Shown: positions 42,545 through 52,378 of the stretch, piece by piece
Numbering within the stretch: the stretch's first letter is position 1
How the letters are laid out: every line of letters begins with the position of its first letter
Assembly: GCA_051117555.1 (NCBI GenBank)
Contig: JBNPEG010000021.1
Span: forward strand, 63,101-127,100
Length of the DNA stretch: 64,000 nucleotides
Direction of reading: 5' to 3'
DNA from: Elainellaceae cyanobacterium
Lineage (GTDB): Bacteria > Cyanobacteriota > Cyanobacteriia > CAZCXK01
Notes under the pieces: generated by a model
Told to the model about the DNA's origin: nothing
The model's database searches: none
What the model saw: the letters and a program-made list of their open reading frames with translations, nothing else
Translations under genes and position numbers: made by a program

Positions 42545-43411
42545 ATGGCTGGCACTCTGTATGTGGTTGGGACTCCAATTGGCAACCTGGAAGACATGAC
42601 CTTCCGGGCGATTCGGATATTGGGAAACGTCGATTGGATTGCCGCCGAAGACACTCGCCATACGGGTAAACTGCTCCAGCACTTTCAGATTTCGACGCCT
42701 CAAATTAGCTATCATGACCACAACCATCAGAGCCGCATTCCTGACTTGCTCTCACGGCTGAAGGATGGACAGGCGATCGCCCTAGTCACGGATGCAGGGA
42801 TGCCAGGAATTTCTGATCCGGGCTATGAGCTGGTGTGTGCGTGCATTCACGAAGGCATTCTCATTGTTCCAATTCCTGGACCAACCGCCGCAATTACGGC
42901 ATTAAGCATCGCCGGATTATCCACGCAGCGGTTTATCTTTGAAGGGTTTTTGCCCACTAAAGGGACTGATCGACGCGAGCGCCTAGAAACCTTGCAAACC
43001 GAATCTCGTACCATTGTGCTCTATGAAGCACCCCATCGACTTCGAGAAACATTGGCAGACTTATCCCATACGCTTGGGGGCGATCGCCCCGTGACCCTAG
43101 CGAGAGAGTTAACAAAGCTTTACGAAGAGGTGTGGCGCGGCACCCTCCTTCAGGCTATCGACCATTATCATCATCGGGAGCCCCATGGTGAATATACAGT
43201 CGTCATTGCGGGGGCGACGCTCGATCAGCCGCATTTGTCAGAATCTGCTCTGAAAGCCGAGCTAGAACAGCTCATTCGACAGGGCACATCTCGTTCCCAG
43301 GCCAGTCGGCAACTCGCTCACCAAACGCCGTTATCGCGTCGTCAAATTTATCAGTTAGCCCTGTCAATTCCTGCCCTGGATAGCACCGACGCTGACGACA
43401 CGCCTTCGTAG
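42545..43411 (+). CDS. rsmI: 16S rRNA (cytidine1402-2'-O)-methyltransferase
   Basis: LYVVGTPIGNLED, AEDTR, DAGMPGISDPG, YEAPHR and ARELTK motifs. Confidence 0.96.
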   Translation: MAGTLYVVGTPIGNLEDMTFRAIRILGNVDWIAAEDTRHTGKLLQHFQISTPQISYHDHNHQSRIPDLLSRLKDGQAIALVTDAGMPGISDPGYELVCACIHEGILIVPIPGPTAAITALSIAGLSTQRFIFEGFLPTKGTDRRERLETLQTESRTIVLYEAPHRLRETLADLSHTLGGDRPVTLARELTKLYEEVWRGTLLQAIDHYHHREPHGEYTVVIAGATLDQPHLSESALKAELEQLIRQGTSRSQASRQLAHQTPLSRRQIYQLALSIPALDSTDADDTPS

Positions 43412-43511
43412 ATCGGCCTGGTATGACGGAAACCCTGAGAAGAGGTTATGCTGTCGGTCAGTATGTTAAACCTCTCATAATTGGCTCCAAACTATTACAC
43501 CCAGTGGTCGT

Positions 43512-44267
43512 ATGTTGTTCTGTTCAACCTCTCACCTCTATTCTTCGAACTATCTGCAAACCGCTCTCTCTGTCGGTCTGATTAGTGTGTCACTCGTTAT
43601 CGGAGGCTGTAGCAGTCGGCAGACAGGAGTCCCTTCTCCAGACGACAGCGCATCTGAAGCTGCGAATACGTCAGAATCCGCCCCGTTCACCTCATCCCCT
43701 GAAGCAACTCAGGTGAATGAAATCGATACCCCAGTGCCAACGGAGTTCCTCATCTCGGCAGAAGGAATTGGGGATGCCAAGCTTGGCATGACCTTTGGAA
43801 CCCTCAAGCAAACGCTGGGTTCAGAGGTGGAATTCACCGAAGAGACATCCCTAATGTCTGATTTTGATGCGATCGCCGTCCGTAAAGATGATGCCGTTCA
43901 GTATTACATCCTCCATTTGGCAGGCGATCCATTTACTGAGGAAGATGTCATTCAGGGATTGATGACGGATAATTCTAGTTTCATGACTGCCGAAGAGGTC
44001 GGAGCTGGAACTCCTATTAAAGATGCGGAAGAGTCATACGGCAAAGCGACTCTCTCTTATCACACTCGAAATGAATCTAGAGAATATGTGCGCTTTGAAA
44101 ATCATCCGGCTAATAATGTGTCATTTCAGGCAGGCAACGGCGAACAAGACCCCACCGGGATCTACTCTGCACCGAGTAGCGAATACAATGAAACACCGGA
44201 CTTTGCCGATAGCGCTAGCATTCAATCGGTGCTGGTCGTCTGTCTAGTCGAAGACTGTGCCGGATAA
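43512..44267 (+). CDS. Hypothetical lipoprotein
   Basis: Lipobox IGGC, an S/P/T linker and a domain beginning ISAEGIGDAKLGMT. Confidence 0.7.
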   Translation: MLFCSTSHLYSSNYLQTALSVGLISVSLVIGGCSSRQTGVPSPDDSASEAANTSESAPFTSSPEATQVNEIDTPVPTEFLISAEGIGDAKLGMTFGTLKQTLGSEVEFTEETSLMSDFDAIAVRKDDAVQYYILHLAGDPFTEEDVIQGLMTDNSSFMTAEEVGAGTPIKDAEESYGKATLSYHTRNESREYVRFENHPANNVSFQAGNGEQDPTGIYSAPSSEYNETPDFADSASIQSVLVVCLVEDCAG

Positions 44268-44296
44268 TTTTAAAGTCTGGGTCTACCCCTTGCGCT

Positions 44297-44572
44297 ATGA
44301 AAACCATTGGAACTGTTTTGATTTCTCTCATCATTGCCGGTTGGGTCGTGGCGATCGCCATCTTTTCGATTCAAAATGTGTTTATCACCGGCGAGAACGG
44401 AACGAATCAGCTCGTGTCCTTAAGATTTCTAAACTTCAGCTCCATCGAAATGCCGCTGGGGGTTGCATTGGCATTCTGTCTTGCTTTAGGGATTATTGGC
44501 ACCGCGATCGCAATCCCAATTTGGAACGCAATTGGAGCGCCGTCCTACGACGATAGCGACGACGACTTTTAG
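44297..44572 (+). CDS. LapA/DUF1049 family membrane protein
   Basis: IAIFSIQN...VSLRFL...MPLG motif with two TM helices. Confidence 0.75.
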   Translation: MKTIGTVLISLIIAGWVVAIAIFSIQNVFITGENGTNQLVSLRFLNFSSIEMPLGVALAFCLALGIIGTAIAIPIWNAIGAPSYDDSDDDF

Positions 44573-44659
44573 AAATGACGCCATCTAGAGGCGACGCTAC
44601 CAAAGGATTCTTTAGAATCCATCCATCAAAATTAATATAGTCGCCCGTTTTAATCAGTC

Positions 44660-45775
44660 TTAGAACCTCTCTAATGAATAGACTTGTCCGTCGATGAGCA
44701 TGCGCGTAATCCCCTTAGCCTGCAAGTAAGAACTGGTTTTTTGCAACAGTTGCCCATCTGGAATTTTCACAACTCGCTGGGTGCGGCGATTCGAAAAGCG
44801 ACGCGCAACTCTGTGGTTATCAAACACAGGAAGCGTCCTTTCCTGAATTTCGCCATCTGGAATCTGCCCCAATTCAGCAAAATCTTTAAGGGGACGAGTA
44901 ATCAGCTCAGAGGCTCGGTCAATGACCAAATAGCAAGGCTTTGGAATTGAAGCATCGGACAACGGCAAAATGGAAACGAACGTTTTGCCCTGAAGACGAG
45001 CACTTGCAAAATCGTCTAGACCTCCCTCGTCTTCCAATCCATAATCCTCGTCAGAGTCATCCTCATCGAGATCATCACCGTCTTCGTCCACTAGATTTGT
45101 GAAATCTTCTTCCGGATCGAGTAAGTCTTCATGGAGAACTTCAGCGTAAATGCTAGCTTCTTCCTCATAGTCTTGCTTACCCGGATCGCTTCGATCGGCC
45201 TTAAGCGTCGGACTAGCGGGTGATTTCGGCTCACGGGATTCAAGATTCTGAACCACTGGCTCCTCATCCTGAAACGTATCGTCGGATTCGGGAGAGTCCG
45301 ACGAGCCTCGTCGCCGCCGTCTACGAGCTGGCATGATATCCGGCACCCCTCGGTTTTTCTTCTTCGGAGGTTCTACGGCTGGAGTCGGCTGCTCGGCTTT
45401 GACAACGTCGTCTTCGACTGCTTCGACGGCATCCTGGGACGGTTCTTTGATAAGTTCCCTAATCGGTTGTTCAGTAGGCTCCTTAACAGGTGGTTCAACA
45501 GGGGGTTCAGTAGACTTCTTAACAGGTGGTTCCGCTGGTGTTGAAGTCGAAGCCGGGACGTCCACCACTGCGGTAGACGCCTTTGTACTTCCGGCTCGTT
45601 TTTGCTGAACAAGCGCCTCGTAAGCGTCTTCTGAAAGGCTCTGCTTTAGAATGCGGCTGATGGTGCTATTGCTCACGCCATAGCGGCTCGCTAGGGTCGA
45701 GGTCGTTTCCTGAGGCTGATGATACAGCTTCAAAATTTCTTGCTTATCAGAATCAGAGAGTTTCTTCGGAGCCAT
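44660..45775 (-). CDS. Conserved cyanobacterial HTH-domain protein with acidic linker
   Basis: N-terminal HTH (TSTLASRYGVSNSTISRIL), EPPV repeats, an acidic tract and a conserved C-domain (CYLVIDRASELITRPL). Confidence 0.75.
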   Translation of the reverse strand: MAPKKLSDSDKQEILKLYHQPQETTSTLASRYGVSNSTISRILKQSLSEDAYEALVQQKRAGSTKASTAVVDVPASTSTPAEPPVKKSTEPPVEPPVKEPTEQPIRELIKEPSQDAVEAVEDDVVKAEQPTPAVEPPKKKNRGVPDIMPARRRRRRGSSDSPESDDTFQDEEPVVQNLESREPKSPASPTLKADRSDPGKQDYEEEASIYAEVLHEDLLDPEEDFTNLVDEDGDDLDEDDSDEDYGLEDEGGLDDFASARLQGKTFVSILPLSDASIPKPCYLVIDRASELITRPLKDFAELGQIPDGEIQERTLPVFDNHRVARRFSNRRTQRVVKIPDGQLLQKTSSYLQAKGITRMLIDGQVYSLERF

Positions 45776-45851
45776 GCCGTCTATTTGCTGAGTGTCTTAG
45801 CTGTGAGCTCATTTGCTATTCCAGTTTAGCGTCATGCAGGTTGGGTCTGGT

Positions 45852-46874
45852 CTATGCCCGCCTGCGAATTCCTCGGCGCGATCGCGTTGAAAGACTATAT
45901 TCAAGAGCTGCACCAATGCTAAACAAAACGCCACTAAAGACCCAAAACACTTCGGGCAGAGCGCCTGTGGTGTAATTGTCAAAGCGCTCAATAGCATATG
46001 CAAACCACATATCGGCGATATAAAAGCAGAAGGCCGCCGCGGCGATGAATCGCCACGAGATGGAAAATCGCCCTCCCCAGAATGCTAGCAGCAGCATCGT
46101 CGCCATGATTACTAGAAAAATGTCACCTACTACATACAGTAATGCCACGATGTCAGCATAGGGCTCAAGCTGATTATTCAGCGCATTGACCCATCCGGGT
46201 GCATTGGAGGCTGATGATGCTACATCTGTCTCGTCAGATACAGGGGATTCTTGAGGCAGAGGTACCTCTTGAGCAAAAATCCACGGCGTGCCCGATGGCG
46301 CGATCGCCTCCGTCTGCCAATTCCCGACTGGTTCAGCGATGGGTGCCCCAGAATCAGGATACCGAACCGTTTCTTCGCTGCCCGCATACGAGACAAAATA
46401 TGCAAGAATAATCGCGGCGATCGCAATCCCTGCAACAATAATCCACTGGGTTGGCGTCAAATTAAGCTGCCTAGAAACGACTGCCATCAGCATTCCTATC
46501 CCCAGGAAAAGATACGTCATTAGGTAAAACAAGTCAGCAGGAGACACATTCGGTGACAATTCCCAGACGAGTTCCCACCACCCTAATAACAAATTGCCGA
46601 TAAAATAAGATGCCATTCCCAAACCTAGCAGCAGCCAAACGAACCGACCACTCACAATCTGCGAACTGTTCCAGTTGCGAAAACACAACATCGCAGCTCC
46701 TAGCATGGCGACGTTCTCTATGATGTAGGTTACGACACTATACCAACCAGGACGAGGCAGGATGGGGCTACCCAATAAGAAAACCAGCAGCGCAATAATT
46801 CCCCATGCAGTGGCTGCCAAAATAATATTTTGAACGGATAGTAGGGAACTGACATTGGAAGACTTTTTGCTCAC
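45852..46874 (-). CDS. Polytopic membrane protein (stand-alone MASE-like sensor domain)
   Basis: About eight hydrophobic helices with VSPADLFYL, YVVGD and IADMWF motifs; no cytoplasmic output domain. Confidence 0.7.
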   Translation of the reverse strand: MSKKSSNVSSLLSVQNIILAATAWGIIALLVFLLGSPILPRPGWYSVVTYIIENVAMLGAAMLCFRNWNSSQIVSGRFVWLLLGLGMASYFIGNLLLGWWELVWELSPNVSPADLFYLMTYLFLGIGMLMAVVSRQLNLTPTQWIIVAGIAIAAIILAYFVSYAGSEETVRYPDSGAPIAEPVGNWQTEAIAPSGTPWIFAQEVPLPQESPVSDETDVASSASNAPGWVNALNNQLEPYADIVALLYVVGDIFLVIMATMLLLAFWGGRFSISWRFIAAAAFCFYIADMWFAYAIERFDNYTTGALPEVFWVFSGVLFSIGAALEYSLSTRSRRGIRRRA

Positions 46875-47278
46875 GGTCTGCTCCTAAGAACATACATTTG
46901 GGGGCTGGCAGAGGTGAAGACTCGACAAATTACAAAATTATAAATTACTGCTAACTTACAGATTTTTCTAGAAACGCAACGAAATGAAACTAGAGAAACG
47001 TAATGAAACTAATGGTGCCAAATTACTTATCGCATTCCTCAGTTGCTGACAAACCGAATCAAAAGAGTGGCTGCGATCGCTCCACCACCCACACCTTAGG
47101 AATCTGCTGGTAGCTTATTTTCAAGCATCTAAGATTTTTATAGCAATAATGAACGTTGCAATTATGCGTAATCGATTGGCGTGCATACTATAAAACACTG
47201 ATTTGAATATTGCTTTGATCGAGCTGGCACCAACAAATAGAGATTGAACAATTAAGAACCACTAAGAACCAACAAATG

Positions 47279-47950
47279 CTACTGCCAAACCTTACCAGTT
47301 GGAGATTGCTTCAGCCAAGCTAAAAATTGATTTCGATCTTGATTAGGCATATCTTGAAGCGCGTCCATCACACGTCCGGTGAAATTGGCATTACCAAAAT
47401 GGTCTTTGCCAATTCGATAGAGCTCTTGAAGGAGGGTATTCAAATGATGCTCTTGCCAAGGGGGAACTTGTAACGTTGCGAGAGGGTCTATGGTGAGCAG
47501 TTGATTAATGGCATCCGGGGTTTCGGCTTGAGGAAATTTCCATTCTTGAAATACCTCGGTAATTTCTTTTTGAAAAATTCCTAGCTGGCGAGCCCCAAGT
47601 AAATCTTCGATGTCGATGTAAACAGCCTGCAAGAGCAGCAAACATGCCTGAGTAAATGTCGGGCTGGCAGCACCGTCGTCTTGCGGCCCGGATGGGGGAC
47701 CTGAAAACTGTTCTAAACGAACTTTTCCCCAAATGCTGTATCGATCGGGTTCTTCAAGCAAGACACATGCTTTACCACGATTGTCTGTCAGGTCACGCCA
47801 AAATGCTCTGGCTTCTTCTTCTTGAGCGGCATTAAACATGCTAATCAAGCGGAATGTTTGCCCTTGATAGTGAAGAATCGGGATCTTTTGATCCCGCTTC
47901 GGGTGTTGAATGGCTGATATTTCAACATCCTGCCGCTTTAAGATAAACAT
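47279..47950 (-). CDS. Npun_F0813 family protein
   Basis: MFILKRQDVEI...ILHYQGQTFRL...FWRDLTDNRGKACVLLEEP, a conserved cyanobacterial family. Confidence 0.8.
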   Translation of the reverse strand: MFILKRQDVEISAIQHPKRDQKIPILHYQGQTFRLISMFNAAQEEEARAFWRDLTDNRGKACVLLEEPDRYSIWGKVRLEQFSGPPSGPQDDGAASPTFTQACLLLLQAVYIDIEDLLGARQLGIFQKEITEVFQEWKFPQAETPDAINQLLTIDPLATLQVPPWQEHHLNTLLQELYRIGKDHFGNANFTGRVMDALQDMPNQDRNQFLAWLKQSPTGKVWQ

Positions 47951-48130
47951 GATGCTGCCAATTGATTCCTGTCAAGGCTAGGGTAAGAACCGACTATTTA
48001 TAAAATAAAAACCGTTGTTAAACGGATGCCATTATCACAATCCATCAGAGATAAAGGGCGATCGCCCCTGCTACGTTCATAATTATTTAAGCCATTGCAG
48101 GGTTGTTTTCAAGTTTAACTCTGTACGCAT

Positions 48131-48224
48131 CTATAGCGATCCTAAATCGCTTGTGAATTGTGTGTGAGTGGTGGGGCAGGCGGCGCTCGCCCCACCACTC
48201 ACAACCCATTCGGGATTGCTATAG
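48131..48224. mobile_element. Palindromic MITE/REP-like element, family A copy 3 (inverted)
   Basis: CTATAGCGATCCTAAATCGCTTGTGAATTG...CAACCCATTCGGGATTGCTATAG is the reverse complement of the 149-238 type. Confidence 0.8.
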
Positions 48225-48806
48225 ATCGAGCTAAATTAACGTGGTAACAAGTCTACGGGTTGAATGGAAATTTGATCACAAGGCTACGGGTTGAGTGGGC
48301 AAGATTATCACAAACATCGTCATCAAAATCGATTTACGGAGGAGAATATTTTGGATTACCGGGTAGCATAGCCGGATATTTGGTGGGCAGTGGTTGGCAA
48401 TTATCAGTTAGCAATCAGCAGGTATATCCATTCCCTAGATCCAATTTCTAGATCCAATTTACAGATTACGGCGAGCAGCCATACGCCTAAAGGCAGGCTC
48501 CGCCAACGCCAGTACAGTTAATCATCTATAGCCTTTATTCGAGGAATTGGTATTAGCAGGGCTTCTAGCTCTTGAATTACAAAAACTGTCAGAATTTGAT
48601 CAATAATTAAGGCTATCCGCTAAATCAAATAATTAAGTGTGTTGAATCCGGCTTTATGATTATGTTTGTACATTAGATGTGGATTTAACCGTTGGGAAGG
48701 CGATCGCCAGTGAGTCACCTTTCCGCTATGTTTTCCAAGTTTAAAAAATTAAGATAACCTAGCAAAATAGATAAATCACTGCTCTATAACTCAATAACTC
48801 AATTTT

Positions 48807-48880
48807 GCTCCAGTAGCTCAGCGGATTAGAGCATCTGCCTTCTAAGCAGACGGTCGTTGGTTCGAATCCAACCTGGGGCG
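48807..48880 (+). tRNA. trnR: tRNA-Arg (anticodon TCT)
   Basis: Acceptor stem GCTCCAG/CTGGGGC, anticodon arm TCTGC-CT-TCT-AA-GCAGA, T arm GGTTCGAATCC. Confidence 0.96.
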
Positions 48881-49225
48881 TTGCTAATTGTCCTGCTCTT
48901 TTGAGATATCTCAGCCTAGGCTCTCAGCATTGCTAGTCTGGGGGAGGAATTCAACTGCAAACGCACTAGCATGGGCTTAGATCATCGGCACAGGAGACGT
49001 GTGGTAGCCTTGTGCTCACAGCAGGATCGTATGGAATGTCATGGTTGGCAGATTTATGCATGTGCGAATTTGCAGGCTGTCTTCGACGCGGCGGGTTTAA
49101 TCATCAGGTCTTTCGTTCGTTGGCTTTATCGATGCGCCCCCTGATCCATTATTTGCTCAATCACCATCTCCCTCAAATCGATCTACATTAAGACATAAGG
49201 GATTTACAACACACAGATCAACGCC

Positions 49226-49864
49226 ATGATTGAAATCCTAGCCGCACTCTCTGCATCTGCGGCCGCAGGAATGAGGATCGCTTTACCCCTGCTGTTGATT
49301 GGGCTACTGCAGAGCGAGACTCTTTGGGCGAATGTCCCAATTTTGTCGCACATTCCTCCTGCCATTGTCTTAGGAGTTTTGGTAAGTTGGTCGCTGGTCG
49401 AACTGCTTTGCTCTAGGGAGCTTTTAGGACAGCGCCTCTTACAGATGGTGCAGCTTTTATTTAGCCCGATCGTAGGTGCCATTATTGGAATCACCATCGC
49501 TCGCATTACCGAGGTAGACGATTGGTTGATTGGCTTGGTTGGCTTAATAGGCGGATTACTTGCGCTTGTGCTTCAGCTTGTTCAAGTCGGCTGGTTCTAT
49601 CGCCTGCGAGGTCTCCCCAAGTGGTTCACCTTTGTTCAAGATTTTTTGTGCGTTGTCCTCGTGTTTCTAGCCTTTGATGCACCTCACCAAGGCGGAATCA
49701 TCGCCCTGTTGCTACTTTGGATCGCAATCCGCAGTTCGACCACATGGCGGCATTGGCAAAAAGGCCACGATCGCTCGTCTACGTTAGGATATGAGAAAAT
49801 TTTGGGCAAAGGAATTTCGGGCGATCGCCCGAAACGACAACGAAATTCATCCTCCGATATCTAG
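49226..49864 (+). CDS. DUF4126 family membrane protein
   Basis: LSASAAAGMRIALPLL N-terminus and multiple TM helices. Confidence 0.75.
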   Translation: MIEILAALSASAAAGMRIALPLLLIGLLQSETLWANVPILSHIPPAIVLGVLVSWSLVELLCSRELLGQRLLQMVQLLFSPIVGAIIGITIARITEVDDWLIGLVGLIGGLLALVLQLVQVGWFYRLRGLPKWFTFVQDFLCVVLVFLAFDAPHQGGIIALLLLWIAIRSSTTWRHWQKGHDRSSTLGYEKILGKGISGDRPKRQRNSSSDI

Positions 49865-49905
49865 ACGATTATCTATACATGATCTCTATACGATCGAAAG
49901 CTTCA

Positions 49906-50850
49906 CTATTTTTGATGGACGTGAGCCGCCTTCAGCATATGGTAAGTGATCAAGAGCTGAGTCAGGGCAAGAGGATAACTCTGTAGTGTCTCTCCAGTTG
50001 TACCTGTTAGTTTGCCAATTTCCTCATTGCCTTCTAAGCTGCAAAACTGACCTAGGTAGGGAACTTCACTACAAAGAGTACGTTCTAGCTCTTTAACTTG
50101 TTCACTCGTAGCATGAGCGTCGACTTCGAGCACATCAACCGGTCTGCCCATGTCTCGATCGAGCCCCAACCGAATCGCGCCCCCTAAATGGTTTCCACTC
50201 GGATTTAAAATTTTGGTGAAGTCTGGATGCGGAATCGTCGGCCTCAACACCAGCCGAACATTGAGAAGAACTTCGCTCTGATTAGGTTCTGAGTCAGGCG
50301 GGTAGAAACTGACCACAACGTCAGCCCACTGACGCTGGGGGCGAATAAATGACTCTGAATCAGGTTCTCTCCTACTAAGCTGCTCTAGCACCTGCTCGTC
50401 AGAATAGCCGCGTTTGCGGGTATCTCGCTTGATTTTCCAAGTGGCTCGCAACTCTTCCGGGGGAGCGAGATAAACTTTCACATCATAAGCATCCCGCATT
50501 CCACGTGTCGAGTATCCTAGAAGCCCCTCGACAATGACAAATTGACTCGGTTTGATATACTCAGGCGGATCAAAACCACCTGTGGAATGGTTATAGATGG
50601 GCTTTAGGATCGGTTGCCCAGTTCGCAGAAGCGCAAGATGTTGCTGAATGATATCTAAATAATTGCAGTCGGGATGTAGAGCAGAGATACCGATTTCAGC
50701 CCGTTGACGGCGGTCATACCGATGATAGTCATCTGTACAAATGACTGTAACGTTATCCTCTCCTACGATCTTTGCCACTCCTCGTGTTAAGGTCGTCTTT
50801 CCAGCAGCGCTATCGCCGACAATACCGAGAATAATAGGTCGACTCGACAT
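49906..50850 (-). CDS. prk: Phosphoribulokinase / uridine kinase family protein (PRK paralogue)
   Basis: GIVGDSAAGKTT P-loop, ICTDDYHRYDR, KPIYNH, VEGL and WKIKRD motifs. Start at MSSRP (50850). Confidence 0.8.
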   Translation of the reverse strand: MSSRPIILGIVGDSAAGKTTLTRGVAKIVGEDNVTVICTDDYHRYDRRQRAEIGISALHPDCNYLDIIQQHLALLRTGQPILKPIYNHSTGGFDPPEYIKPSQFVIVEGLLGYSTRGMRDAYDVKVYLAPPEELRATWKIKRDTRKRGYSDEQVLEQLSRREPDSESFIRPQRQWADVVVSFYPPDSEPNQSEVLLNVRLVLRPTIPHPDFTKILNPSGNHLGGAIRLGLDRDMGRPVDVLEVDAHATSEQVKELERTLCSEVPYLGQFCSLEGNEEIGKLTGTTGETLQSYPLALTQLLITYHMLKAAHVHQK

Positions 50851-51003
50851 ATGGTTACCCCAACACAAGACGTTAAATTCTTAAAAGATCATCAACAAAA
50901 TGAGCTTCTCCTAATTTTAGGTAGGAAGGGGATCGAACTCAAGTCTAAACTTCTCAAGAATTCTATAGTTCGGCTAACTGCGAACCCAAGACTTTAAACA
51001 ACG

Positions 51004-52176
51004 CTATAGCAAACCTGCAAAATGCAGCGGGCCGTGGCCGCTGATCAACTCTACTATCAGCGCAATAAACCCTAGCATTGCTAAACGACCATTCCAGACT
51101 TCTGCGGCGGTGGTCAGCCCCCATTCCCACTTTTCTTGAGGATACATTTTGACGTTCTTGGCGGGTCGAGTCACTTCGCTGAGCTGAATACTCGAGGAAT
51201 TGAGAGCTTCGATCACCATGTCCGCCAAATCTCGGATAAAAACGGGATGGGTATTGAGAGCAGGCACGCGATGAAAGTGCTGGATGCCAGCTTCCTCAGC
51301 AAGCTCCCGATATTCAATATCGATTTCTTGAAGGGTTTCAATGTGTTCTGAGACGAAACTAATAGGGACCACAACCAGATTCTGAACCCCCTTCTCGGCA
51401 AGCTCAGCGATCGCATCTTCTGTGTAAGGTTTCAGCCACTCGACTGGACCCACTCGGCTCTGATACGCCAATGTATAGTCATTAGGCCGATTGAGGGTTT
51501 GCATAATCAGCGCTGTGCATTCTTCTATTTCGCGCTGATAGGGGTCCCCTGCTTCATCGACATAGCTTTGGGGTACACCATGGGCGCTAAAAAAGATATG
51601 AGCCCCATTGGGATCATCCAGTTGGTCTAGCTCATTGGCGATTAAATCTGCCATCGCATTGAGGTAACCCTCTCGGCCATACCACGACGGAATCACCGTA
51701 TGTTCAATCTGATCTAGACTCGCTTCTTCGTCCCAAATTTGCTCTAAAAGCCTGAAGCTAGAACCACTTGTGCTGATGGAAAACTGCGGATAAAGAGGCA
51801 AAATGACCAAACGCTCAATCTGATCTCGTTTAATTCGGGCGATCGCCTCTTCCGTAAAGGGGTACCAATAGCGCATACCAATATAAACTTGAGCATCTTG
51901 CCCCTTCTCCAGTAGAGAATCCTGGAGCGCGCAGGCTTGCTCTTCCGTAATGCGCCTCAGGGGAGACCCTCCGCCAATTTGCTTATAATTTTCTTTTGAC
52001 TTTTGTGCGCGACTCGTAGAAATCAACCACGCGAGGGGACGCTGGAGCCACGGAAATGGGAGGCGAATAATTTCTGGATCTGAAAAAAGATTAAATAAAA
52101 ATGGGCGGACATCTTCTAGATGATCAGGTCCACCTAAGTTCAGCAATAAGACACCAACACGACCTGTAGCAGCCAC
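51004..52176 (-). CDS. hemH: Ferrochelatase with C-terminal CAB/HLIP domain
   Basis: LLNLGGP, GGGSPL, FSAHG, QSRVGP and SEHIETL motifs; C-terminal [16 protein letters not shown] motif. Confidence 0.97.
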   Translation of the reverse strand: MAATGRVGVLLLNLGGPDHLEDVRPFLFNLFSDPEIIRLPFPWLQRPLAWLISTSRAQKSKENYKQIGGGSPLRRITEEQACALQDSLLEKGQDAQVYIGMRYWYPFTEEAIARIKRDQIERLVILPLYPQFSISTSGSSFRLLEQIWDEEASLDQIEHTVIPSWYGREGYLNAMADLIANELDQLDDPNGAHIFFSAHGVPQSYVDEAGDPYQREIEECTALIMQTLNRPNDYTLAYQSRVGPVEWLKPYTEDAIAELAEKGVQNLVVVPISFVSEHIETLQEIDIEYRELAEEAGIQHFHRVPALNTHPVFIRDLADMVIEALNSSSIQLSEVTRPAKNVKMYPQEKWEWGLTTAAEVWNGRLAMLGFIALIVELISGHGPLHFAGLL

Positions 52177-52378
52177 AGCTTCCCTTCCATTTAACGTTTG
52201 TTACTTATTTTAACGATAAAATTCCTCGTGGATCGAGCAGGCATTTCAAGACAAAACTTGATAAAACGAAACGCTAATCGCCCATTCATTAATTTGGTGG
52301 GTACACCAGAACTTAAATCTCTCTTAAGTTCTTTCATTAAAGACTACGCAGTGACCTATCTGCAAGAAAAAGTTGACC

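Noticed and set aside
48971..49144. 57-codon plus-strand ORF downstream of tRNA-Arg
   Set aside because: No recognisable motif, atypical composition and no properly spaced SD.
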